The notes beneath the pieces were generated by a model that saw only the letters and a list, made by a program, of their open reading frames with translations, did not search any database and was not told the origin of the DNA. From the human T2T-CHM13v2.0 reference genome, Homo sapiens, in assembly GCF_009914755.1 (NCBI RefSeq), contig NC_060932.1: a DNA stretch of 64,000 nucleotides; one strand, written 5' to 3'. The translations under genes and the position numbers were made by a program. Positions 12,901 to 28,125 of the stretch are shown in pieces (position 1 is the first letter of the stretch; the number at the start of each line of letters is the position of its first letter).

Positions 12901-15410
12901 TGGTATCTATTTTAAAATCTATTGGGATATAGACATATGGTCTATCCTTGAAAATGTCCTATGTGCACTTGAGAAAAATGTGTATGTTGTTGAGTACAGT
13001 ATTCTGAATATGTCTGTTAGATATAGTTGGTTTATTGTGTTAATTCCTCTAATTTCTAATGCATCTTCTGTCTAGTTATTCTGCTTGTTATTGAGAGTGG
13101 CGAATTAATGTCTCCAATTATTGGAACTATCTGTTTCTTCCTTTAATTTTGTCAGTTTTTACTTCACATATTTTGATGGTCTGTTATTAGGTGTGTAAAT
13201 GTTTATAATTATTATATCTTCTTGCTATAGTAGATCTTTTATGAATGTATAATCTTTTTTGTCTCTTGTAACCTCTTTTGATTTAAAGTCTATTTTGTCT
13301 GATATTGGTATAGCCACCCCTGCTCTTTTTAGATTACTGTTTACATGAGGTATTTTTTCATCCTTCCACTTCAATCTATTAGTGTCTTTGGTGCTAGTGA
13401 GTCTCTTGTAGCTAGCACATGGTTAGATCATGTTTTTCTAAAAATGTATTTTGCCAATCTCTATCATTTGATTATGGAGTTTAATCATATACATTTAAAG
13501 TAATTACTGGTAAGGAGGGACTTCTGTCATTTTGTTATTTGTTATTTGTTTTATATCTTTTTTGGTCCCTGATTTATTGCATTATAGTATTCTTTGTATT
13601 TATAGTTGATTTTTGGTAGTGAAATGTTTTAAGTCCCTTCTCATTTCCTTTTCTGTATGTTTTATAGGTATTTTCTTCGTAGTTAACATGGGAATTAAAT
13701 ATAAAATCCTGAAGTTATAACACTCTAATTTGAATTTATACCATTTTAACTTTAATAATATAAAAAACTACTCCTTTACAGCTCTGTTCCCATCCCTTTC
13801 AGTTGATGTCACAAAATTACATTTTTATACATTGTATTTCCAAAACAATAAACTAATAATATTTTAAGCCATTAGTCTCTTAAATTATATAAAAAACAAA
13901 ATGTGGAATTACAAGCCAAAGTTACAATAATACTAGCTTTTATAATTGCCCATGTATTTATTTATCTTAACTGTGCTCTTTATTACTTCCTATGGCTCTG
14001 AGTTAATGTCTAACGTCCTTTTGTTTTGACCTGCAGAACTCCCATCAGCACTTCCTACAGAGAAAGCCTAGTGGTAACAAACTCCCTCAGCTTTTGTTTA
14101 TCTGAGAGTGTCTTAATTTCTCCCTCACTTTTTAAGAACAGTTTTGCCAGATATAAGATTCTTGGTTGAAATTTCCTTTTCTTTTGCACTGTATCAACCA
14201 CTGCTTTCTGCCCTCCAAAGTTTCCAATGAGAAATCTGCAGATAATCCTGTTGTAGAGCCCTTGTATATAATGAATGGCTTCTCTCTTGCTGCTTTTAAG
14301 ATTCTCTGTCTTTGGGGTTTGCAGTTTGATAATAATGTGCTTAAATTGAGTTTGTTGAGCTCCTCAGATGTTTACGTCTCTCATCAAATTTGGGAAACTT
14401 TTAGTCATTATTTCTTCAAATAATCTCTTTTTCCCTTTTTCACTCTGCTATCCTTCTGGGACTCACCACAATGCATATGTTGGTCCACTTGATGGTGTTT
14501 CATAGGTGTCTTAGGCTCTGTTGACTTTTCTTCAATCTTTTTTTTTTCTGTTCCTCATACTTGATAATTTTAATTGTCCTATCTTCAAGTTTGCTGATTC
14601 TTCTTTTTGCTCAAATCTAGCTTTGAATTCCTCTAGTAAATTTTTTATTTCAGTTTTTATGCTTTTCAGATCCAGAATTTATTTTTGGATTCTTTTTAGG
14701 TTTCCATCTCTTTATTGGTATTTCTATTTTGTTCATATGTTATTTTATTGACTTTATACATGTCTTCCTTTAGTTTTTTGAGAATCTTTAAGATAGTTGT
14801 TTTGAAGTTTTGTCTAGTAGATCTGTCTTCAGGTCTTCTTTTGGGAAATTTCTATTTATTTTTTTCTTTTGAATGAAATATATTTTCTTATTTCTTCATA
14901 TGCCTTGTTATTTCTTTTCTGTCGAGGTGGCCATTTGAATCTAATAATGTGCTAACTCTGAAATTCGGACATTCTTTTTCTTAATGTTTGCTGTTTTTTC
15001 TAAATTATTATTGTTGCAGGCTGTTTCTGTGCCAAATACTGGTCTAAGGCATAAAATTAAGACCTTCTCAGATATTTTCTGAGCCTATGTTTTCCTCTGT
15101 GCATACACACTGACTTTCTAATTTTCCTATATATGCGGTTGCTTTTGAATGCCCTAGTCCTCCATGACTGGCTCAAAAGGGGAAAAAAAGAGAAAAGTAA
15201 AAGCGAGGAGAAGGCAACATCCCTTCAAATCTTCTGGAAGTCACTTTAGTCAGAAGGTGAGGGGCTTGCAACAATGGGGGAGGTATGACAAGAATGGCCA
15301 CAGACTCTGTCTGTGCTTCTGTAATCAGAAGCAGCAATTAGTGATCAGAACACACATCTACAGTATTTGAAGAACACAGCCCTTTTTGGCCACTCTGGCT
15401 TCCGTACTCT
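9990..15410 (-). mobile_element. Old L1MB-type LINE, ~5.4 kb, internally deleted and degraded
   Basis: L1MB 3' UTR (aaacatcaccaccctccatctccagaac...gaaactctgta); ORF2 remnant 11325..11573 (PKVIYRFNAI...ILPDLKIYYKATVIK); T-rich antisense body continuing into ORF1/5'-type sequence; 5' boundary approximate. Confidence 0.88.
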
Positions 15411-15789
15411 ATTAAGACCCTTAGAAGGAAAATACCCCTAAGAATTGTATAATTATAATTTCAACATGACAGGCACATATATACATCAGTGTACATTTAC
15501 ATGCAAGATAGACATGAATGAAGCTTTAATAAAAGGGAAGGGTTTTTAAAATAATTTTTATAGGACTATCTAGGTTGGTTGAGTTTGTGCACTGCACAAT
15601 TCTAGGGGCTTCAGTGTCAAGTGCACATTCAATTTGTGGCACCGAGATGAGATATCAGGTGAACCCTCTGAGCCATGAAGTTGGGGGGAATTCTATTGTT
15701 GGAATGCTGAGATATCACAGCCCAACCATCTAAAAATATATTTGCCTAATTGCCAAGATTTCCTTATATGTTCCCTGCCTACTTGCTGC

Positions 15790-16160
15790 TACAATGACTT
15801 CTAGAGGGAGAGAATCAGAGAAGAGTTCTGGTGACAAAATGGAAAGTGGTTATACAGCTTCAAAAAGATAGAATGTTCATTCTGACAGGTAGGACACAAC
15901 TTTGAGTAAGGAAAAGCAGTTGCCATTTTCAGAAAAAAAGGAACATTTGGACTAAACACCCTGAAAAATTTTGACAGCAAGAATTATGAGATTGGGGAAA
16001 TATGTAGTAAAGGAAGTGGTGGAAACCCCATCCCTAGAGCCATTTGAAAGTCAACGGGATAAGGAAGTAGAAAATCTATTCTAAGAAAGAATCTTCCACT
16101 GCTTCCCCTGGGTCTGACAGATGACATAATGGGTCTCCTCCATCTCTGATTGTTACAGTT
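15790..16160 (+). mobile_element. CR1-class (L3/Plat_L3-like) 3' relic
   Basis: aaggaagtggtggaaaccccatccctagagccatttgaaag...gggataagg resembles CR1 3' ends. Confidence 0.5.
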
Positions 16161-16434
16161 CTCAGACTTTATGTATTTTCCAGGGTTTTATAATGTTGCT
16201 GTTAGACCAGGCTGCCCACCTCCCTCTAAAAAGAAAAAAAAAATCAGACTCCAAACAAACCCTAAACTAGTTGCTCCAAGGAGTGCAAAGATATACCAAA
16301 TGGAAATTGTGAATCATAAAATTCTCTAGTGTGAATTTCATTATTCCCTGAAGATAGTCTACCAAGATGAGAGACGTTGTCATCATTTTACTTTATTTAT
16401 CTGTTTTTCTCTTTCTGGTACATTTTCATTTCAG

Positions 16435-16680
16435 GAGAGAAAAACCAATGGGACAGCAAATTCTCATAGAACTGGCTGAAAAGGATCTGTATTTTTTTCT
16501 TGCTGTCCACTTATTTTCCAACAAGAACCCTGGCTGTCTTTGTGATGACTCAGGAAGAGGAGGATTTGTGCACAGCCAAGAGGAAATAGGACCTCCATAT
16601 TTGCCATTTGGATGCAGAGAATATGAACAGACTTCTCTGAGACCCAAGAACTGAAGAAATTGTTGGGTCCTCTCAGTAAA
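16435..16680 (+). other. Candidate (likely non-coding) exon
   Basis: Long pyrimidine tract ending catttcag| at 16434; possible donor AAA|gtgggt at 16681; non-repeat sequence; no transcript evidence available. Confidence 0.25.
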
Positions 16681-17604
16681 GTGGGTCTAAGAAGCATGTG
16701 TGAATGAGTGTTGGTTGGGCATGCAGGTGTTGTTAATTGTGTTTTTGCTCTTTTTTATACATATCTTTGTGTTATCTACTTACAGTTATAGACTCAGATA
16801 TGGAAGAAATCTGAGTCTCACTCAGACAATTTGGGGTTTCATTCTTTTTTATATGTAAAATCTAAGAAATACCCTAGTAGTTAAGTGACTCGTCTGCACC
16901 GCCCAGTTTTCTCTCTGTGGCAGCAGCTCCAAGGGTAATCTAGTAGCAAAATCTAGAACCATGGCAAAAATGCAGAGAGAGAAATATATATTTTCATGGA
17001 ATCAGTATACAACACTAAATGTAACTGGCCTTTTGGGAAAAAAAAAAAGGAGGGGGCGGTGGAAACCTGGTCTAACAATCGTCTCAGCCCTGTCTGGATT
17101 GTGGAAAAGGGCCCATAGCCCAGGCGCTCTTCCATGATTACATATTAACATACATGCATGTTGGAAACCTACTATATATATAATTGCTTTATGTCCACAG
17201 TAGATTTTAAATTCTTTTTTTTTCCCTAGCAAACATTCTTCTAGAGACTCTCAACTTTAATTTGAAAAAAAGGTAAAATCTCATTTGTCTTGATGAGGGC
17301 TACAGTGTACCCCTAGTGACCAGATATTCCATACTGAAATCATTGCTGTTTCTAACTCCAGGGCCAGTGAATCTAGGACTAGTGTTGAAGGGGAGAGTGC
17401 AGAATGAAGAACTATTTTCCACTCAGTTTTGCCTGTTTACATTTTACTACTAGAACCTCTCCTTTATTGCTTCGTTTAGAATCTGGATTAGCAAAGCGTC
17501 AGGAGCTTTCATGTTTATCACACAATTTAAAATGGAATGAAACACACACCATCACAAAGCCCAGGTGTTGGATTAGAATTTTTTTTTTTTTGCTTTAAAA
17601 ATGG

Positions 17605-18400
17605 TTTTTATTTCTATTTTTATTTTATTTATTTTTTCTTCAACTTTCATTTTAAGTCCCAGGGTACATGTGCAGGATGTGCAGGTTTGTTACATAAGTA
17701 AACAGGTGCCATGGTGGTTTGCTCCACAGATCACCTAGGTACTAAGCCAAGCATCCATTAACTATTTTTCCTGATGCTCTCCCTGCCCCCACCCCCACTG
17801 AAAGGCCCCCGTGTGTGTTGTTCCCCACCATGTGTCCACATGTTCTCATCATTCAGTTCCCACTTATAAGTGAGAACATACGGTGCTCAGTTTTCTGTTC
17901 CTGCGTTAGTTTGCTGAGGATAGCATCTTCCAACTATCCGTGTCCCTGCAAAGAATGTGATCTCCTTCCTTTTTATGGCTGCATATTATTCTTTGGTGTA
18001 TATGTATCACATTTTCTCTATCCAGTCAATTATTGATGAGCATTTGGATCAATTCCATGTATTTGCTACTGTGAATAGTGCTGCAATGAACATATGTATG
18101 CATGTGTCTTTATAACAGAATTGTTTACATTCCTTTGGGTACATACCCAGTAATAAGATTGCTGGGTCAAATGTTATTTCTGCCTTTAGGTCTTTGAGGA
18201 ATCACTATTTTGTCTTCCACCGTGGATGAACTAATTTATACTCCCACCAACAGTGTAAAAGCATTTCTTTTTCTCTGCAACCTTGCCAGCATCTGTTATT
18301 TATTGACTTTTTAATAATGGCCATTTTGATTGGCGTGAGCTGGTAACTCATTGTGGTTTTGATTTGTATTTCTCTAATGATCAGTGATGTTGAGCTCTTT
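17605..18400 (-). mobile_element. L1PA8-11-like 3' fragment
   Basis: T-tail, gggtacatgtgcaggatgtgcaggtttgttacata...cccacttataagtgagaac...ttgtggttttgatttgtatttctctaatgatcagtgatgttgag. Confidence 0.92.
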
Positions 18401-20929
18401 GTGTATATAAATTGTGTGATTCCAACTCAGTGCTGTCTAACCCTCAACCCTCCTTGCCCTCCTCTCTTCCGTTCCCCTTCAGAAATGTCTGAATCCAGTT
18501 TTTCTTCAGAATACTTTCTCCAGGCAATGTTGGAAGTTTTCTTTCCAACTTCCAGTCTTTTCTGCTCTGTCTTGATCAATAAACGTGTTCTTTTGCTTGT
18601 AGCCTAGGGCCAAAGCCTGTGTGTTAAAGTGATGTTGTCACAAAATGCCTGGTGATGTCATAAAGCACTGGGAGATCTGGCAAAAGCAGCAATCCTCATT
18701 TTTATGTCCCCAGAAAATTATTGGTACCCAAAGGGCCATCACATCTTCTGTCTATGCACCAGTTGTTGTAGAAATAGTGAAGGCCTAGTTAACTTCGTGC
18801 ATTTACATGTTTGACAGATTTCTATAAAAGACTGTGTAGAGAATATAGATTTAAGGAGCCGAAGTTATTAAAATGGGGTGGGGTGAGAGGAACTAGGCCA
18901 ATAAAAGCAGACAACGTGGTTTTTTAATCCTTTCCACAGGAATTCAGGCAAAAGGGGAATAAAATAATTCTACAGGGTCACTTGTAATTCAGCTTAAACT
19001 AAGCTCAGGAAACTGAATAATATTTCTCAGAAGGCTGATTTATGCACTTAAAGTAACTAAGTCCCAGGTGTCATAGGAAGTAATACAACATCTAGCAATG
19101 TCCTAGCCTGCATGCTCAAACTAGCTGCCTAAATAAATTTCTAACTTCTCTTTAAAACATTTCAGAGTGAGTTCTACTGGGATTGCTACAGCCCTAGATT
19201 CTCTGTTAGAAGGGGCTGCCTCAGTAAGAAAAGCCCAGGGACCTAGGTAGGTTCTGCATTATAAACAAATTGTGTTCCAAAGTTTGTCTGTGAATCATTT
19301 CTTTGGAAACCTAAACATATTTTCTTTACAGAAACAGAGGTAGACACAGTTAGGCTCCCTGGCTTTCATAACCCTCCAAAGTCTATTTAAACCATATGCA
19401 GGTCAAATCCCCTCTGCTACATAAAAACTAGAGAATAATCACTTAATCACACAAACCAAGGGAGAGGAGATCAGATTTAATAAATGTTTTTTTTCATTTA
19501 TTCCCTCCCCCCTCCATTTATCCCTTAATTAGAAGAGGGTAAGTGATAGATGGAAATTTGGTGGATGTCCTGACGGAGATTTCCAACACTTTCAAGGATT
19601 TTAGACGCCAATGGCACAGATTCTTTATTAACTAATTATGCATAATTTATCTTTTATGACAGAGAAAATAGCAAGGAAAGTGGCTCAGCAGAGAAAGGAA
19701 AGGGAAATACCTAGCAATTTCTATGGGAAAAAAAAGGCCCTTTCAGGGTAACTGTTATTGCTATATCAGGACATCTTGGAAGCTAAGTGTTTCAAAGTCA
19801 AATGTACTTGGAGCCATGAAGCTTCATTTTTCTCTTTGGTTCCAGTGACCTCACTTACCCAGGTCTTTATTAGGCATGCTAATAAAAAGTAAAATAAAAA
19901 CAGTTTTGGCAGTCTATGTCTTTTTTTTCCCTCAAAAATGCCCTGAAGTGGTGGTACAGAGTGGAATTAACACATCCTAAATGCAGGCAGTCGGAAGGAG
20001 ACAGAAGAGAAACAAAGGGCTGGATACCCCACATACTGGATAAGAAGAGCCTGATAACGGAGTTGACTGTATTTGGAATTTGCCTGTTTCCTTCTGTAAA
20101 GGAGACAGGGAGCTGAATGAAGTGCTTATCTAAGAAGTGTCAGAACCCTTGCGCAATGTTGTTACAAGGATGTTAGTAAAGCAGGGGGAACGTTTTGGCA
20201 GGTACAGATGGGATTCTGTTTGACGGAATGTATTTTCTTGCTATGTGTTAATCTGTGCTCTTCTGGTATCAAGCCCTTAAGGAGTTTGGATAAAGCCTTT
20301 AGGGAACCCACCTTTAACCCTCTCTTTAGTATACATTACAAGGAATTTAGCATCCCATATGTGACACGGATGGAACTAAATAATTGCAGTGGGGTGTTGG
20401 GAGAAAATCACCCTAAAGCAGGCAACTCCTGCCTAGAAATTATAGCTGGAGAAATCTGGCTAAGCAAGAAATCTCTGGAATATTCCACATGAGACTAAGG
20501 GATAGGTTGATGGATTTCTAACAGGTTACACCCAACTCCAAGTGAGAAGTCATTTGAAAGAGTCCCAGCTGGACGTCACAGGCCCCTAATGAGAGAACAC
20601 AATGAAGCCAGTATATCCACATGAAAAAGTTGAATTCAAAGAGGACTCTAAGAGGGCCTAGACAAAGCAGTTTGGAGTTTCAGAGGAGCAAACACCATTC
20701 CATAAGGTCTTCAATCTTAACCCACTGAAACAATGTAAAAGTCTTCTCTTCCCTCTATTTAAGTCAGAGCAAGTTTTTAGCAGAATTTAAACTCAAAAGA
20801 TGAGGAAAAAGACCACATTCCACAAGAGTAACTAAAATGATAGTAAAAGAGAAGCAATTTTTGTCTCCATAAAAATAACCTTGGAGTTGCAGTTCACAGC
20901 ACCTAAAAAGCACACTACCATGTACTTAG

Positions 20930-21375
20930 CACCAAAGGAATATCAGATGAAGTGAGATTTCTAAAGTAATGCAGATCAAGGGCAAAGGGAATAGCTCGTG
21001 GTCAAGAACAAATGTAAAGGAATGACATGGGTAACTACAGAATCAAGAGAGTCACCCAGAGGGAAAGAAAATTCATTGGAATATGTGACGGGCAGGAATT
21101 AGTGATGAAGAGAGAATACCAAACAAGAAAAGGGAGACGTGGGGCATTGAGAATGGATGGCAGGAGATAAGCTACTCTATTCCCTGTGGGTTTGATCTTC
21201 CCTGATAAAGAAAATTGTGTCCAAATTCGGAAGGATAAAATAAACACTGTAAAGGAGAAACTGAAGCCCAAGATAGGTGAATCATTTCAAAAGGCATCTA
21301 GCTCCTAAAATACATGCAAATGTTTAGGTCTAGATACATTTGCCCTAAACTACAAAGAAAACTTTGCAGATTGAA
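20930..21375 (+). mobile_element. CR1/L3 ORF2 fragment (5' part, split by later insertions)
   Basis: gaaactgaagcccaagataggtg...ggtctagatacatt...aaagaaaactttgcagat resembles the L3 RT region (GPD..HP..LKELAD). Confidence 0.6.
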
Positions 21376-23612
21376 TTTATTTTTTTAATTACTTAAAAAT
21401 AATTAGAGGGGGAGCCAAGATGGTTGACTAGATGCAGCCAGGAAGAGCTTCTCCCTCAAAAAGAGACAAGACTGCCCAGTAGACTGGCACACTCTGCACA
21501 GATCTTTAGAGGGATGGCATTGAGAGTGGACAGTGGGAGGACATGGACCGTGGGCTGAAGGGTGGGGAGGGGAAGCTGGGAACCTCGCACAAGATTCCTG
21601 AGCGCTAGGACTCTTTCCTGGCCCTGAGCAACTCCTACTGAAAAGGTGAGTGAAACAGGTGTGGAGTGGCCCACTCTTGTAATGGACCTCTGGTATCCTA
21701 GCCACAGGAGACCCCAAGACCCCCATAAACATCTGAGCTGGCAGGAGGAACTGCCCAAAGAGTTGGCAGAGACAGAACTCCAGCCTGCCCATAGCCCCAA
21801 AGGTTTGGCATGGGAGTGGCTGGAGTAGAGAGTACGGCCATGGGCACCCATTCCCCAGGCTTGCCATATTCTTCTAGGTGGTTCTAGCCTTTGTTGACTG
21901 TCTGACCTGGGCAGAACAGGGCTGTCTTGTCCCTGGGATAGGGACAGTCTGACCTGAGCACCCCCTGTCTTCCAGCCTCTTCCAGGGTCCCTGCGTGGCC
22001 ACATCTGCTTGCAGTGCAGCCTCAGCTTGCCAGTGACCACTGCCATATCTCTCTTGCCAGCAGACCCTGCCTAACAGAGCACTTTGGCAGATAGACCCCA
22101 CCCGCACCTACCAGCAGCCTTCCCCTGCCGGAGCACACTTGCTTGCAGCCTCCCCTGGCTGCTCCACTAGTGCACACACGTGCATCAAACCCCACCTCCC
22201 TGCCAGCATGCATATACTTGGGGACGCCTACCATCTCACCAGAGTGCTTTTGCCAGCATCTCCTGTCAGAGTGTTGTTGCCAGCAGACTGTGAACACCTT
22301 GATGCCTCTAGCACAGCAGGTGCTTGACTTGGAGGGACCAGAGAACAAAGTTGCTGGCCTGGTGCCAGCCCTACAAGATTAGAGCATGTAGTCTAGGAAT
22401 ACTGAGCTGAGCTTTGGCCCCCTGAAAGCATTCAGAAATGAAGCCCATCAACTAAACCTAACTTATATCATGACCAAACCCTCAAGGGCGCAAAGAATAT
22501 AAAAGCAAAAGGCTTCATTTGAAAGGCAGCAACTTCAAAGATTCAAAGAACATCAGCCCACACAGATGAGAAAGAACCAGCACAAAAATTCCTGCAACTC
22601 TAAAAGCCAGAGTGTTGTCTTATCTCCAAACAACTGTACTAGTTCCCCAGCAATGGTTCTTAACCAGGATGAAATGGTTGAAATGACAGACATAGAATTT
22701 GGAATCTCTATGGCAAGAAAGCCCATGGACATACAGAGGAAGGTTGAAACCCAATCTCAGGAAATCAGTTTGAGTTGAAAGATGACATAGCCATTTTAAG
22801 AAAGAACCACATTGAACTTTTGGAAATGAAAACTGCATTATAGGAATTTCAGAATTTAATTGGAAGCACTAATAACCGAATAGATTAAGCTGAGGAAAAT
22901 CTCAGCTTGAAGGCAATTCCTTCAAATTAATGGAGGCAGACAAACATTTTAAAATATGATTTTAAAAATGAGTGAAACCTCTGAGAAATACGGGATTATG
23001 TAACGAAACCAAACCTATCATTTACTGGCACATTCCTGACAAAGATGGAGAGAGAGCAAGCAACTTGGAAAACATATTTGAGGATACTGTCCATGAAAAT
23101 TTCCCCAGTCTCACTAGAGAGGTCAACATGCAAATTCAGGAAACCCAGAGAACCCCTGCCAGATGCTATACAAGATGACATAGAGTCATCAAGACACACA
23201 GTCATCAGATTCTCCAAAGTCAACACAAAATTTAAAAATTTTAAGGGAGCTAGAGAGATGGTGCATGTTTTCTGCAAAGGGAACCCTATTAGGCTAACAG
23301 AGGATCTTTCAGCAGAAGCCTTATAGGCCAGAATAGACTAGGGGACTCATCTTTAAAAAAAGAAATTCCAAACTAGAATTTCATATCCAACCAAACTAAG
23401 CTTTATAAGTTTATAAGGAGAACAAAATCCTTTCAGACAAGCAGATACTAAGGGAATTCATTACCACCAGGCCTGCCTTACAAGAGGTCCTGAAGGGAGT
23501 GCTAAACCTGAAAATGAAAGACTGATAACCCGCCACCACAAAACACACAAGTAAATAGACCACTGACGTTATAAAGAAACAATACAATGCAAGTCTACAT
23601 AACAACCAGCTA

Positions 23613-24022
<410 letters not shown>

Positions 24023-26872
24023 AAAGAAGAAAGACTCAATTGTTAGCCTGTTGATGCTGTCTGCATGAGACCCATCTCAAGTGCAATGACAACCATAGGC
24101 TCAAAGTAAAAGGAAGGGAAAGATACATCAAGCAAATGGAAAACAAAAGAAAGCAGGTTGCTATTCTTCAGACAAAATAGATTTTTAAACCAACAATGAT
24201 CAAAAAGGATAAATAAGAGTATTACATAATGATAAGGAGTTCAATTCAATTCAACAATAAAGCTTAACTATTCTAAAGGTATATATACCTAACACTGGAG
24301 CACCCAGATTTATAAAACAAGGTTTTGAAGACCTACAAAGAGACTTAAATAACCACAAAATAATGATGGGAGACTTAAACACCCCACTGACAGTGTTAGA
24401 TCACTGAGACAGAAAACTAACAAATATATTTGGGACTTAAACATGACACTTAACCAAATAAACCTAACAGACATCTACAGAATACTTCACCCAACAAAAA
24501 CAGAATATACATTCTTCTCATTTGCACATGGCACATACTCTAAGACTGACCACATGCTCAGCCATAAAGCAATTCTTGACAAATTCAAAAAACCAAAATC
24601 ATACCAACCACACTCTTGTACCGCAACCCAATAAAAATAGAAATTAATGAGAAGAAAATCTCCCAAACCATACGATTACATGGAAATTAAACAACCTGCT
24701 CCTGAATGACTTTTGGGTAAAGAATGAAATTAAGGCAGAAATCCAAAAATTCTTTGAAACTAATGAAAATGAAGATATATTGTATCACAACCTCTGGGAC
24801 ACAGCTAAAGTAGTGTTAAGAGGACAGTTAGCACTGAACACCTATATCAAGAAGTTAGAAAGATCTCAAATTAACCTAACATCACTCTAGAACTGAACAA
24901 AGTTGTGACACAAAAATTCATACAAAAGGTCAATGAAGCCAAAATTGATCATCTAAAAGTATAAATAAAATTAGTAGACCACTAGCTGATTAATAAAGAA
25001 AAAGAAATCCAAATAAACACAATCAGAAATAACAAAGGTGACATCACCACTGATCCCACAAGAATACAAAAAACCCTCAGACACTATTATGAACACCTCT
25101 ATGCATACAAATTAGAAAACCTAGAAGAAATAGATAAATTCCTGCCAACATACAACCTCCCACTATTGAACCAGGAAGAAACTGAAATACTGAACAGATC
25201 CATAATGAGTTTTAAAATTTAATCAGTAACAAACCTATCAACCAGAAAAAGCCCTAGACCAGACACATTCACAGCTGCATTCTACCAGACATATAAAGAA
25301 GAGCTAGTACCAATTTTGCTGAAATTATTTGAAAACATCAAGGAGGAAGGATTCCTCCCTAGCTCATTCTATGAGGCCAGCATCATTCTAATACCAAAAC
25401 CTGGCAGAGACACAATAAAAGAAAACTTTAGGCCAATATTCCTGATAAACATACATTTAATGCTCCTCAACAAAACACTAACAAATCAAATCCAGCAGCA
25501 CATCAAGAAGCTAATGCACCACAATCAAGCAGGCTTTATCCCTGGGATAAAAGATTTGTTCAACATACGCAAATCAATAAATGGGATTCATCACATAAAC
25601 AGAACTAAAAGCAAAAACAACATAATCATTTCAATAGATTCAGAAAAGACTTACAGTAAAATTCAATACCCCTTCATATCTAAAACTCTCAACAAACTAG
25701 GCACTGAAGGAACATACCTCAAAATAAGAGGCATGTATGACAAACCCACAGCCAACATCATACTGAATGGGCGAAAGCTGGAAGCATTCCCTCCGAGAAC
25801 TGGAGCAAGACAAGGATGCCCATGCTAACCACTCTTATTCAACAAAATACTGGAAGTCCTAGCCAAAGCAATCAGTCAAGAGAAAGAGAGAAAAAGCATC
25901 CAAATAAGAGGAAGTCAAACTATCTCTCTTCACAGACACTATGATTCTATCCCTAGAAAACCTTAAAGACTCTGCCCAAAGGCTCCTAGAACTGATAAAC
26001 AAGTTCAGTAAAATTTCAGGATACAAAATCAATGTACAAACATCAGCATTTCTATACACCAATAATGTCCAAGCTGAATGCCAAATCAAGAATTCAATCC
26101 CATTCACAATAGCCACAAAAACAGTAAAATATCTGGAAATACATATAACCAAGGAGGTAAAAGTTCTCTACAACAAGAATTTTAAAACACTGCCAAAATA
26201 AATCAGAGATGACGGAAACAAATAGAAAAACATTCCATGCTCATGGATTGGAAGAATTAATATTGGTAAAATGGCCGTACTCCCTAAAGCAATTTACAGA
26301 TTCAGTGCTACTTCTGTCGAGCTACCAATGTCACTTTTCACAGAATTAGAAAAAAATATTCTAAAATTCATATGGAACCAAAAGAGAAGCCTAAATAGCC
26401 AAAGCAATCCTAAGCAAAAAGAATAAAGTTGGAGGCATCACATGATCCAATTTCAAATTATACTGCAAAGGTACAATAAGCAAAACAGCATGGTACTGGT
26501 ACAAAAACCGACACATAGGCCAATGGAACAGGTTAGAGAACCCAGAAATAAAGCTGCATGCCTATAACCATCTGATCTTCAACAAAGTCAACAATAACAA
26601 ACAATGGAAAAAGGATTCGCTATTCAATAAATGGAGGTGGGATATCTGGCTAGCCATACGCAGAAGATTAAAATTGAACCCCTTCCTTTCAGCATACACA
26701 AAAATCAACTCAAGATGAAGGAAAGACTTTACTTTAAAACTTGAAAAACAGTAGAAAACTTAGGACATACCCTTTTAGACGTAGGCCTTGGTAAAGATTT
26801 CATGATGAAGTCTCCAAAAGCAATTGCAACAAAAACGAAAATAGACAAGTGGGACCTAAAAAAGAGCCTCTG

Positions 26873-27239
<367 letters not shown>

Positions 27240-28125
27240 TTATTTACAAACCATGCATCTGACAAACGTCTAGTATCCAGAATCTTTAAGGAACTTACAC
27301 AAATCAACAAAAAATAAACCTAATACAAAATGGGCAGACACGTCTCAAAAGAAGGCATACAAGTGGCCAACAAACATATGAAAAAATGCTCCACATCACT
27401 AATCATCAGAGAAATGTGAATCAATACTACAATAAGACACCATCTCACACCAGTCAGAATGGTTATTATTAAAAAGTCAAAAAATAACAGATGTTGGCAA
27501 GGTTGCAGAGAAAAAGGAGTGCTTATACACGGCTTTGGGGAATGTAAATTAGTTCAGCCACTGTGGGAAACAGTTTGGAGATTTCTCAAAGAACTTAAAA
27601 TAGATCCAGCAATCTCATCACTGGGTATATATCAAATGAATAGAAATTGTTCTACCAAAAAGGCACATCCACACATATGTTCATTGTAGCACTATTCACA
27701 ATGGTAATGGAATCAACCTAGATGCCCATCAATGGTGTACTGGATGAAGAAAATGTGGTACATATATACCATGGAATACTATGTAGCCACAAAAAAGAAC
27801 AAAATCATGTCCTTTGCAGCAACACAGATGAAGCTGGAGGCCATTATCCTAAGCAAATTAACACAGGAACAGAAAACCAAATACCACATCTTCTCACTTG
27901 TGAGAGCTAAACATTTAATATATGAACACTAAAAGGAAAATAGACACCAGTGCCTACTTGAGGGTGGAGGGTAGGAAGAGGGTGAGTCAAAAAACCAGCT
28001 ATCATGTGCTATGCTCATTACCTGGGTAATGAAATAGTTTGTACACCATTCCACAGTGACTCACAGTTTACCCATGTAACAAACCTGCACACGTATCCCC
28101 TCAACCTAAAACGAAAGTTAAAAAA

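Noticed and set aside
10163-14751. Multiple hydrophobic, membrane-protein-looking ORFs on the plus strand
   Set aside because: Produced by the T-rich antisense strand of the L1MB element.
17300-17322. CTCF-like motif gtgtacccctagtgacc (also partial at ~51044)
   Set aside because: Mismatches at core positions; too weak to call from sequence alone.
19230-19400. Possible Tigger-type DNA transposon relic
   Set aside because: Resemblance too faint to name or bound without a Dfam search.
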